Origin: Octopus vulgaris
Taxonomy: Eukaryota
Assembly: GCA_951406725.2 (NCBI GenBank)
Contig: OX597814.1
Coordinates: forward strand, 192,200,001 to 192,264,000
DNA length: 64,000 bases
Direction: 5' to 3'
How positions within the stretch are numbered: the stretch's first letter is position 1; each line of letters begins with the position of its first letter. A model generated the notes under the pieces. The model had not been told where the DNA came from, did not search any database, and saw only the letters and a program-made list of their open reading frames with translations. Made by a program: the position numbers and the translations under genes. Positions 37,795 to 50,083 of the stretch are shown here, piece by piece.

Positions 37795-38524
37795 CCCTTT
37801 CGTTATTGTATTTATTTTGAGATGCTCTGAGTTTCTTTCAATTATTTTAAATATAACAAAGAATTTAGTAAAATAACTTAGCTATCATTAAGCTTGTGTT
37901 AGGAGTATTATAATAATAATAATAATAATGAAATTATTGTATACAGTGCTCAGGTGCACCACAAATTGTCAAAAGTGCATATAAAGAATATGCAGTAATG
38001 TGCAAATGTCTAGAAAGTGAACAGTGTATGAGTCAGATACATGCTTGCCTGTGTATGGAGGGGAGAAAATGAGGTGTAGTGTTGGCGAATCTCAGGAAGC
38101 ATGGAAGTTTTGAAGGATGCAGTGCTCCGACAACTAACAACTGATGCCAGGAGTCTGTTCCATGCTTCAGCAACTCTTAGCGTGAAAATATGTTTCCAAA
38201 AGTCATGGGAGCTGTGCTGTTTTCTGACTTTGTAAACATGTCCACGAGTGTTAGACAGATGGAGTTTGAAAAAGTGCTCAGAGTTATTGTTTGTAAGATG
38301 GTTAATAATTTTATGGGTGTCTTCCAAGTCAGCTGCCAGACATCGGAGTTTCAATGTGTCCATGCCCAGGGAAGTAAGGCTTTCAGAATATGGCAAATGC
38401 CTGATGTATGGTATTCTCTTGGTTGCACAAGGTTTGGTGAAAGATTTTTATTCAAAACTTATGGAAATAAGACATTTGTACTACAGAGCCAGAGCCAGTT
38501 TCAGCTGGGTTGGTAATGAAAGGA
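37795..38524. mobile_element. piggyBac-type MITE interrupted by a CR1-like LINE fragment
   Basis: The left half (37795-37903) and right half (38428-38524) match the 13791-14011 MITE. TTAA at both ends. Confidence 0.75.
37906..38427 (-). mobile_element. CR1-clade LINE 3' fragment with (ATT)n tail
   Basis: ORF 38010..38396 has LGMDTLKLR...NTRGHVYKV...FTLRVAEAWNRL, the CR1 ORF2 C-terminus. Confidence 0.85.
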
Positions 38525-38842
38525 TTAATCCTTCTTGCTCTTACCGTGTAATCTTTTGTTGATGAATTTATTAGTTTTTGCTTTTATGTAATTCAACTTC
38601 TTTCACTTTGTTTCAGAGACAGTCTTACTTTAATTATTTGCTTTTGATGCTTTATAATCTGAGGTTTCTTGAAAAATAATGTTGAGAAGAATTATTTATT
38701 TTATAATTTTTGGTTACTGTTTTTAAAGAAAATATCTTGTGAGATAATCAAAACAAAAAACAAAAAAGAAGCTTACAAATCTGCTTGTCATTTTGAAATA
38801 TTTCAGAATACCTTGCAGTTGAATGCCAGTCAGCTCTGTTAA

Positions 38843-39053
38843 CCCTTTTGTTACTGTATTTATTTTGAGATACTCTGTGTTTCTTTCAATTAAGTTTGAA
38901 TATAACAAAGAATTTAGTAAAATAACTTAGTTACCATTAAGCTAGTGTTAGGAACATAAATTGTGACTAAGGTTTGGTGGAAGATTTTAATGAAAAACTT
39001 ATGAAAACAAGACATTTGTACTCAGAGCCAGAGCCGGGTTGCTATCAAAAGGG
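38843..39053. mobile_element. piggyBac-type MITE
   Basis: TTAA-cccttttg ... caaaaggg-TTAA, homologous to 13791-14011. Confidence 0.8.
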
Positions 39054-39402
39054 TTAAGGGTCCCAAATAACAAAAGCATAAATCTCATATCCACTGGTTA
39101 TTTTAGATATGAATTTCTTGAAAAAAAAATAATTTTCTGATTAAAAAATGTTTGTTTGTATGGATTTTCATTTTTCTTACTTTTTTTTTTTTTGCATTAA
39201 ATAAAATTTCATGAGCAATTCATCATCATATTCCATACTCCATGCTGGCATGGGTTGGCTAGTTTGACAGGATGCAACTTGCCTGTGGGTTGCATTAATC
39301 TCCAATGTCGGCTTTGGTGAGGTTTTACTATGGCTTGATACCCTTCCTAAAGCCAACTGCTTTACAGAATTTACTGGGTGCTTTTTTCATGGCATTAATA
39401 TC

Positions 39403-39710
39403 TCTCTTTTACTTGTTTCAGTCGTTTGACTGCGGTCATGCTGGAGCACCACCTTTAGTCGAGCAAATCAAGCCCAGGGCTTATTCTTTGGAAGCTTAAT
39501 ACTTATTCTATCAGTCTCTTTTGCCGAACCGCTAAGTTACAGGGACATAAACACACCCCCATTGGTTGTCGAGCGATGTTGGGGGGACAAACACAGACAC
39601 ACAAACATATATATACATATATATGACGGGCTTCTTTCAGTTTCCGTCTACCAGATCCACTCACAAGACTTTGGTCAGTCCGTGACTATAGTAGAAGACA
39701 CTTGCCCAAG
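39403..39710 (-). mobile_element. SINE family A, 5' truncated
   Basis: Reverse-complement homology to 10789-11170. Confidence 0.8.
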
Positions 39711-40268
39711 ATTGGTGGCAGTTTTCTCTACTGCTGTGCGTATCACATGATGAAGGGTTATCACAAACAGTGAGATATTGTCATCCAACCCATCCCAGTA
39801 TGGGAAAAAATAACTATAAAATAACGATATGGTGAACCACTAGGTACTTTGATGAAATTTCTTAATGATGAGCTCATTATTTAGAATTCTTGTTGAAATG
39901 CAAATGACCAGAGTGATTATGAATACTTGGTTGTGCTATATGCAGCCTTGCAATTTATCATCAGCCCTTAGTTTAATTCCAAGAGCACTTACACATCAAT
40001 AATCTCCCTTTCACCCACTCCCCAGTGACTACTAGAAAACACACAATTTTCTCTCTTTCCCCTCCTTTTTCTTCTTTTTCTTTTTCCATTTACTATTTAC
40101 TATCTCTACTCAGATCACCTATTCTGCATTTCATATCCACTCTGATTATTGGAATATGAAATTCAAATAACTAGATATGAGGTGCCAGCTGTCGCAGCCA
40201 TAAATAACTCTTTCTCTTTGGCATTAAGTAGTTTTCAACTTCTTGCCTATGTATACTATGTATGGATG

Positions 40269-40292
<24 letters not shown>

Positions 40293-40299
<7 letters not shown>

Positions 40300-40575
40300 A
40301 TCACGTGACCGACCAGACCATCAGATGTTGTTACACACATCGCTGGTCACAATGCGTTCGCATTGTTTTAGCCTTTGAATGACGCCACCCCACTGCCTAA
40401 GCGAGCCGGCCAACAGAAGAAAGAGTGGTGAAAGAGTACAGCAGGGATCACCACCCCCTGCCGGAGCCTCGTGGAGATTTTAGGTGTTTTCGCTCAATAA
40501 ACACTCACAACTCCCGGTCTGGGAATCGAAACTGCGATCCTACGACCGCGAGTCTGCTGCCCTAACCACTGGGCC

Positions 40576-40576
<1 letters not shown>
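40293..40576 (-). mobile_element. SINE family E
   Basis: Reverse complement of 31931-32235, with a tcacgtgatcacgtgac tail. Confidence 0.8.
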
Positions 40577-40618
<42 letters not shown>

Positions 40619-41251
40619 CATGCATGTATACACACGCTCATTATATACTCTATCGAAACTCACTTTACAAAATTTTAAATAATATATTTATTCTTTTTTA
40701 TATCTTATAAAAATGAATTTCTGTTTCTTTATTGGAGAATTTTGTTTCCAAATTTCACTATTATCATCATCATCATCATCCTCATTGTCGTCGTCAAACC
40801 AGCAACCTGGCAGAGTCATTAGCATGTTGAGCGAAATGCTTAGTGGTATTTCGTCTGCTGCTATGTTCTGATTTCAAATTCCGCCAAGGTCAATATTTGC
40901 CTTTCATCCTTTTGGGGTCAATAAAATAAATACCAGTCAAGCAATAGGGTTGATGTGATCGATTGTCCCCCTCCCCACAAAAATCCAGTCCTTGTGCCTA
41001 TAGTAGAAAGGATTATTATTATTATTATTTAGGTGGCAAGCTGGCAGAATCATTAGCACGCTGGACGAAATGCTTAGCAGTATTTTGCCCATCACTATGC
41101 TCTGAGTTCAAATTCCGCCAATGTCGACTTTGCCTTTCATCCTTTTGGGGTCAATAAATTAAGTACCAGTGAAACACTGCGGTCAATATAATCAACTAGT
41201 CCACTCCCATCAAATTTCAGGCCTTATGCCTATAGTAGAAAGGATTATTAC

Positions 41252-41286
<35 letters not shown>

Positions 41287-42370
41287 TATAGTGCAGAATA
41301 AAATGTCGAAAATCAATTTTTATCAACCAACATTTTTTCTACTTATACTACATGTTATTTTCCAATCTCAGTAAATTTTAACATAAACCAAGTTATTTCC
41401 CTTGAAATGGGTAAAGCTTTCAATTTTGTTTCGCTATCATTCAAGAGATCACTAACTAGATGGATTTAAAGCTTCATAACTAGTTGCTTATAATTCTGGT
41501 ATACCTTTGTACTCGGTCAGTTTTCTCACTCTCTTCCATCTATAAAAGCCTTGTTTGTATGTCATCATCATCATCGTTTAACATCCGCTTTCCATGCTAT
41601 CCTGGGTTGGACGATTTCACTGAGGACTGGCAAACCAGATGGCTGCACCAGGCTCCACTCTTGATCTGGCAGGGTTTCTACAGCTGGATGCCCTTCCTAA
41701 CGCCAACCACTCTGAGAGCGTAGTGGGTGCTTTTACGTGCCACCGGGGGCCAGTCAGGCGGTACTGGCATTGACCTCACTCGAATCTTTCTACACATCCC
41801 ACTGGCACAGGTGTCAGTAAGGCGATGCTGGTAATGATCACACTTGAATGGTACCTTTTACCTGCCGCCGGCATGGAAGCCAGTTAGCTGCTCTGGCAAT
41901 GATCATGCTCAGATTGGTGCTCCTATCACCCTACTAGCACGGGGCTCAAGTGCCAGTAAGGCGACGCTGGTAACGATCACACTCGAATAGTGCCTTTTAT
42001 GTGCCACTGGCATGGGCAGTAACTTTTCCTGAACATCCTCCAGGAATGGACATCTTTGACAAACAGTACAATAAATGTTTGATGTGATTTCATTCAACAG
42101 CACAAAATCCATTTACTAAGCATGTCAGTGAACGTAAACTCATGTCATAGTCTGTTCTACTTGTGAGAAGAAATACAATTCACCTCATTCTTTACAAATG
42201 CCAAATCTTTCTATATATGACAATCTCCTTTAAAGGCTACAGACTCCACCTAGCCAAGACCACATTACAAAGGTTTAATTTCCTCTTCATAGCCAGGTGA
42301 AACGGTAGCAATGAACAGCTGGCCCTCCAGCATTACAGTATTGATTGCATACATAGGAGAGGACACCACC

Positions 42371-42435
<65 letters not shown>

Positions 42436-45204
42436 AGATAAATTCAATGCCATCTCTTTTATAAACAATGAGAATTATAAACAAATGAATTGCTAGAGAG
42501 AACCTAAAGGGGTCTGTGGCCCATGTGTTCTTGGTGATCCATTATACCCATAATCCAAGCACTTTACTTTCAAGGCCTAAGTCCACCTTGCTCTGAGTAT
42601 AAATACTGCTCGGTGGTTCAATTCGGGGACACCACTGCAGGAACAAAATGACTTGCAAGTGACATTTGTTCCACCCCTCTGTGATCTGAGTTCAGACCTT
42701 GTCAAAATCAACATTGCATTTCTCCCTTTCAGGGTCACCAAAAGAAAAAGTGTTAATCCAGGACTGTGGATTGACTCAACTATTAGAGGATCAGGCAAGA
42801 TGCTTTGCCCTATCGCTTCCAGTCCTTTGTATTCTGACAGCAGCACTTGCTACAACATTGGTGTCAGTCCAAGTTGGTGGCCTTTCCCCTGTATAGACAT
42901 CAGTGGCATAGACAGGAAAGATTTTTGAGAACATGCATGGTCAACATTCTGCACTCACATGAGTTAGAGAGACAGTATTGTCTGTTGTCATTTCCATTGA
43001 CAAATCATCCTTTTGCTCTGCACATTTGAAGACAAATGGAATGGAAACTTTGTTGCTTGATAAAACAGATATGGGTTAGTAGCAGGAAAACTGTAAAACA
43101 ATGCCTTAAGTATATGTATTCATCTAACCCATGCTAACACAGAAAAACAAAGGAATATATATAGTCCTAGCACCTGTGCCATTGGCATATGTAAAAAGAT
43201 TCAAGCGAGGTTGTTGCCAGTACCACCTGACTGGCCCCCGTGCTGGTGGCACGTAAAAGCACCCACTACACTCTTGGAGTGGTTGGCATTAGGAAGGGCA
43301 TCGAGCTGTAGAAACACTGCCAGATCAAGACTGGAGCCTGGTGCAGCCATCTGGTTTGCCAGCCCTCAGTCAAACCGTCCAACCCATGCTAGCATGGAAA
43401 GAGGACGTTAAACAATGGTGATGATGATGATGATGATGATGATGGGTGTGGTTGTGTGGTTGAGATTATTTCCCGACCATATGGTTCCTGGTTCAATGCC
43501 ACTGTGTGACACCTCAGGCAAGTGTCTTTTTCTGTAGCCCCAGGCTGACCAAAGCCTTGTGAGTGATTTTTCTAGATGGAAACTGAAAGAAGCTCATCAT
43601 ATGTGTGTATGTGTATCATTTGGTGTCTCCTTGTCTTGTCATAAAAACATGTTTGGCCATAGGGAAATATTGCCTTACTCAGTAACTGGTGAGGGTTGGT
43701 GACAGGAGGGGCATCTAGCTGTAGAAAATCTGCTCTCATCAAAACGTCCAACCCATGCCAGCATGGAAAACAGACATTAAATGATGATGATGGTTGATAT
43801 ATATATATATATATCCCTCTCTCTTTCGGAGAGGCACAAGCAGCTACATGCACATATACACACACGGCAGTAACTTCCGCCTACCAAATTCTATCACAAA
43901 GCTTCGGTTGGCCCGGGGCTATAGCAGAAGACGCTTGCCCAAAGTGCCATGCGGTGGGACTGAACCTGAAACCATGTAGCTAGAAACCAAGCTCCCTACC
44001 ACACAGCCATGATGATGATGATGATATATATATATATAAAAATTAAATGAATATAAAATTAGCTTAGTTATGACCTTGTTATATTTTCTCTTAGGCATCA
44101 CACGTTTATTAAATATTCCACATATTCTGTATTCAACCACAAGGCCTTTTATTTACTTATCCATTACGTATTTATTCAATATATCTTTTATTTACTACAA
44201 CTTGTTTACTGTAATGAGCTATAATTTTTGTTTACATAGCTGTTGATTGTTTATATATACATCGCATCCAGTTTTATTTACTTAACAGTAAACTGTTCAT
44301 TTACTGTAACCTGCTTATTCTTCATATGTAACTATGCTCCATTTTAATTATTTCAATATGTTTCATTTGCTTAATTATGACCTGTTTTACTTACATACAT
44401 CTGACCTGTTTTCTTCTAGTTCCTCTTGAATATATCCTCTTTAATATTTTGTCATCATCATAATGTTATTGTCCAGTTTTCCTTGCTTGCATAAGTCAGA
44501 CATTGAGGTAGATTTTCTGCTGTCAATACTCACCTGTTTCCAAATCAGGTAATATTTCCCCCATGGCTAGACATGTTTTCACAGAAAACCAGTGATGAAT
44601 GACAATGCTTATATTATGCAATATCAAGACAAAGAAAAATAAGCATACGAGCATACACACACACATACAATGAGCTTCTTTCAGTTTCTGTTGACCAAAT
44701 CCTCCCACAAGTCTTTGGTCAGCCCAGGGCTATACTAGAAGACATTTTTTGAAGGTGTCAGTAGGACTGAACCCAAAGCAGTCTGGCTGGGAAGCCAACT
44801 TCCTAACTACACAGCCATGCCTGCACTAACTCCTCCTCTGAATTTGGAGCAACTAATTTGTGTCACACCAACAGGATATATTTGTCAATAGATACCATCT
44901 TGCTAAATCACTGTCATGGGACATATCAAATGTACAGTCCTCTTTCCATGACTCACTTGATTTTTCTGAAACTAATCTATGCTTAAGGCAGCAAGTTGAT
45001 AGAACCATTAGCATACCAGGCAGAATGCTTAGCAGTATTTTGTCGGTCTCAACATTCTGAGTTCAAATTTCGCCAAAGTTGACTTTGCCTTTCATCATTT
45101 TGTGGTTGATAAAATAAGAGTACCAGTTGAGCACTGGGGTTGATGTAATTGATTTAACTACTCTTGGGTATGAGTATAAAGGTGGGGCAAAAAATTGCAT
45201 CCTT

Positions 45205-45425
45205 CTTATTTCTTTATTGCCCACAAGGGGCTAAACATAGAGGGGATAAACAAGGACAGACAAAGGGATTAAGTCAATTACATCGATCCCCAGTGCGTAA
45301 CTGGTATTTATTTATCGACCCCAAAAGGATGGAAGGCAAAGTCGACCTCAGCGGAATTTGAACTCAGAACGTAACGGCAGACGAAATATTGCTAAGCATT
45401 TCGCCTAGTGTGCTAACAATTCTGC
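45205..45425 (-). mobile_element. SINE family B
   Basis: Reverse complement of 1949-2179. Confidence 0.8.
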
Positions 45426-47201
45426 ATCCTTCTGTCAATCTATGTTGAGCCAGTGTAACAGAGTAGGCTCATCAAACCAATATGATCTCATGTTCAAATT
45501 CACAGCCTAGACATCAGACCATGGTTGGTGGAGAGAGCATGCTGTGGCCCTCATTCTGCAGTGAACTGAATATGGGCAGTCCAATCCTAATCCGAATCTG
45601 TGTTTACATAATAAATGTGGCTACATTATCTCACTGAAGTCAGCACTTGTTTCTGTTGCTTCAACCTTCTTTATTTGCTGTATCTTTACATTGTTAGAGT
45701 TGTCTAAACTTAAAAACCTTTTAGTTGCAATCCCTGTCCCATTCACTTACATAATTATTTTTTTAATCCCACATTACCCTTAATCTTTCACTTGATTTCT
45801 AAAGATTTGGAGCAGTATACTTCATCACAGGCCTATGAAACAGCATCTACACATTTGCTTAAACCACTAGAAACAGCAGCTAAATCTCTCTCAAACAACA
45901 CCTTTATGAAACATGCAAGGACGCATTGGATGATGGAATCCTAAATAGATTATACCTAAAAATAAAATGACGGGTGGCTTGGTCTAGGCTGGAATTATCA
46001 TCATCTCATCATTGTTTAACATCTGCCTTCCATTCTAGTATGGGTGAGATGGTTTCACAAGAGCCAGCAGGCAGAAGCCTGCACCAGACTTCTGTGACTG
46101 TTTTGGCAGGGTTTTTACAGCTGGATGCCCTTCCTAACAGTAACCACTTTGCAGAGTGGAATGTTTAAAATATTAAGTCTGTTCATCCAGTGTTGATCTT
46201 TAAGGGGATTGTTTTGTAGGTAGACATTATTATTATGGCTGTGTAGTTAAGAAGCTCACTTCTCAACCATGTGGTCTCAAGTTCTGTCCCACTGTGTAGC
46301 ACCTTGGGCAAGGGTCTTCAATGTTGCCCCCAGAATTGAACAGACTGAAAATGAAAGAAGACTCTGTGTGTGTGTGTGTACTTTTGTCTTGACATCATGT
46401 GATGGTTTTAAACAAGCATCACTGTCATACAAGCAATATTACCTTGCTTGGAAGCAGGTAAGAGTTGGTGACAGGAAGGGCACCCAACTGTAAAAACCTG
46501 CCTCAACGAATTCCAACTGACCCATGCTAGCATGGAGAAGTGGACATTAAATCATATTTGTATGTCCCACTAATCACTTGTCTTGTTTTATTGGCAATCA
46601 TCATTAGGTCAAGCTTATTTGGATTCCTTTGACTCTGGTCATTCACCCATCACATGAAATAGTTCTTCTGTGACTGAACAATGCATATCTTTGCTGAGTG
46701 ACCAATGCTATTGCTACTATGTTATCTACCCATCAACTAAACAAAGCTAGTCTCAAGAACAAGCTGCTATTTATTCTGATAGTTTGCATCAGCATGAAAT
46801 AAAAACAGCAAAATTGCATGTTTGAGAGACAAAATGATAGTTAGGCTTCATGTATTGCCCTTTGTTAAAGATGGGGAATAAAGAAAACATTTGTATGTTC
46901 ATTTTCAAAAAACATTTCACCAGAGATTTTCGTGGTCTTCTATAAACATGTGATCTGCTGCAATATCCATAGTCCATGGTACTGTAACGTACAATCTGCT
47001 ACTAAGACCTTACTTGATATTGATTATTAAGGCAAATCAACAAAGACTCTATCTGACCTGATCTAATAAAAAGGTAATCAACAAATGCTGAAATTTTAAT
47101 CCCCCTAAAGTTCAAACCAATATCACTAGACTTAGCACAGTTTTCTCTCTCTAATGCAATTGAAAGATTTTGGTAGAGGTATGACATTAACAGAAGACAT
47201 T

Positions 47202-47729
47202 ACTCTCTTTACTCTTTTACTCTTTTACTCGTTTCAGTCATTTGACTGTGACCATGCTGGAGCACCACCTTTAGTTGAGCAAATCGACCCCAGGACTTAT
47301 TCTTTGTTAGCCTAATACTTATTCTGTCGGTCTCTTTTGCTGAACTGCTAAGTTACAGGGATGTAAACACACCAACATTGGTTGTCAAGCGGTGTTGGAG
47401 GGACAAATACAGACACACAAACATATACACACACATGCATATATATATACGACGGGCTTCTTTCAGTTTCCGTCTATCAAATCCACTCACAAGGCTTTGG
47501 TCGGCCCGAGGCTATAGTAGAAGACACTTGTCCAAGGTGCCACGCAGTGGGACTGAACCTGGAACCATGGTTGTCCAGTAGTGGTGGAGGACAAACACAG
47601 ACACAAAGGCACACACACACACACACATAAATCAGGCTATAGTAGAAGACACTTGCCCAAGGTGCCATGCAGTAGAACTGAACCTGGAACCATGTGGTTG
47701 GGAAGCAAACTTTTTACCACACAGCCACC
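47202..47729 (-). mobile_element. SINE family A with a partially duplicated head
   Basis: The segment aggctatagtagaagacactt...ggaaccatg occurs twice (about 47509 and about 47634). Confidence 0.75.
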
Positions 47730-47844
47730 AGTTCTGATCATTTACTAACCAAATCTTAAATGTCACCTACAATAGATTACTGCTAACTTACTGGGGACAC
47801 AGGTCATTCACCTGATTTACTCATTAATATGGTATAACACTGGC

Positions 47845-48061
47845 AGAAACGTTAGCGCACCGGACGAAATGCTGAGCGGTATTTCGTCTCTCTTTACGTT
47901 CTGAGTTCAAATTCCGCCGAGGTCGACTTTGCCTTTCATCCTTTCGGGGTCGATAAATTAAGTACCAGTTACGCACTGGGGTCGATGTAATCGACTTAAT
48001 ACCTATGTCTGTCCTTGTTTGTCCCCTCTGTGTTTAGCCCCATGTGGGTAATAAAGAAATA
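47845..48061 (+). mobile_element. Young SINE family B insertion
   Basis: TSD ggtataacactggc at 47831-47844 and 48062-48075. Confidence 0.85.
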
Positions 48062-48480
48062 GGTATAACACTGGCTCTATTTGGGGTTTTTTGTTTTGTT
48101 GTTGTTGTTTTTTTCTGTCTCTTCTATTACTGCTACGACAACCTACCTCTGTTCTTCTGAACCAACTTGATGCATTCCACTCCGTTTCATCCAGCTCAGC
48201 CTGACACCTGTCTCTTCTCTTCCAATCATTCCTTTTGTGCCTTTGCTCCAAAATTCCACTTAAACACTTTGTCCAATTTTCATTTGCCATAATTATAACC
48301 TTCGAGTACTCTCAATAACTCACATCTGTTGTGGTCATATTAGGTGTGTGTGACAAAATGTAGAGCAAACTGTGTGTTGTCACATTTTTTATGAAAATAC
48401 AGTGTATTTTTAATTACTTCTAGATTTGTTAATCTATGTTTCTAGTTTACCCTTTCTTCCAGTTGCTAAAACAACTCACT

Positions 48481-48528
48481 ATGATAATCCTTATATCACA
48501 GTTGATTTATAGCTCCAGATTATATGTA

Positions 48529-48581
<53 letters not shown>

Positions 48582-49047
48582 ATGTATGTGTATGTATGTA
48601 TGTATGTATGTGTATATACATATATATGATAATCCTTATATCTCAGTTGATTTATAGCTCCAGATTATATGTATGTATGTATGTGTGCATGTGTGTATAT
48701 ATATATGTATGTATGTATGTATGTATATATATATATATATATGTATTATGTATGCATGTGTGTGTATATATATATATATATGTATTATGTATGCATGTGT
48801 GTGTATATATATATATATATGTATTATGTATGCATGTGTATATATATATATGTATGTATGCATGTGTATATATATATATGTATGTATGTATGTGTGTATA
48901 TATATATATGTATGTATGCATGTGTATATATATATATGTATGTATGCATGTGTATATATATATATATATGTATTATGTATGCATGTGTATATATATATAT
49001 GTATGTATGCATGTGTATATGTATGTATGTATGTATGCGTATATATA

Positions 49048-49082
<35 letters not shown>

Positions 49083-49265
49083 GTGTATATATATATATGT
49101 ATGTATGTATGTGTGTATATATATATGTATGTATGTGTGTATATATATATATATATGTATGTATGCATACATGTATATATATATATATATGTATGCATGT
49201 ATATATATATATATACACACACAGACACACACACTCACATACATTTTTATGTATGTACATACATA
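48481..49265. repeat. Compound TA/TATG microsatellite with a duplicated ~50-bp unique flank
   Basis: atgataatccttatatc.cagttgatttatagctccagattatatg occurs at 48481 and 48626. Confidence 0.9.
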
Positions 49266-50083
49266 TAAAACACTTGTGACTTCATTTTCCATTGATTGTA
49301 TTTATAAATCAATGCAAAATAGACGCTTCAAAGTTTGTTGACTTTAAAATTTTATTGCTTTATCTATATTGTCAGTGACTTCACTGTCAAGCTGCATTAA
49401 TTCTTACCAAGTCTCACAGCAGAATATATATACTGTTACCATACATATATTTGTTCAGCTGTTGTCTGTTGTTATTTTCTCTATACTAGCTTTGGCAGAC
49501 TTTGAAGGCTTCTGTAAGCTGGATAATCTCATATCTAGTTAATCTATGTATAATAAGTAGGCTCGCCTTAAATCTTGCTCCTCTAATAACCGTGCGCATG
49601 TTCATCCACAGATTTAGGATTATAGTAGGAGGAGGAATGCCAGACACTCTGTGAGTTAAAATATATCACCGAGTCAAGTGAAACAGTCTGAAAATTCATG
49701 TTGTTCTATGAGGATACAAAGACAAATTTCTGTTGATGGAACTATCATTTTTTGCATCGTTCGACACATTCAAACTGGATTTGTAAAATGTTAACCAACT
49801 TATTTTTATTTCCATTATCAAGTTACATTTTCTTTCATATGTAATCTAACAAACGAAAGCCGTAAAGGTGGGGGGAAAAAAATAGATGTTTTACTGTTAT
49901 ACTTTTCTTTGTTTATTTTTACATTCATTTACTTTGTTGTCTGTGACTTCTGTCAGATCTTCTTCAAATATTGCTATCTTTAATACTGGAAATATTCTTA
50001 TAAACGAGACTAAAAATATATTTCTTGGATGTTATTCATCTGAATGATTTCCCTGCTTTAAGTGTTCCAGTTCACTTGCACCG

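Noticed and set aside
48524-49341. Long overlapping ORFs of 89-251 aa
   Set aside because: Microsatellite artefacts.
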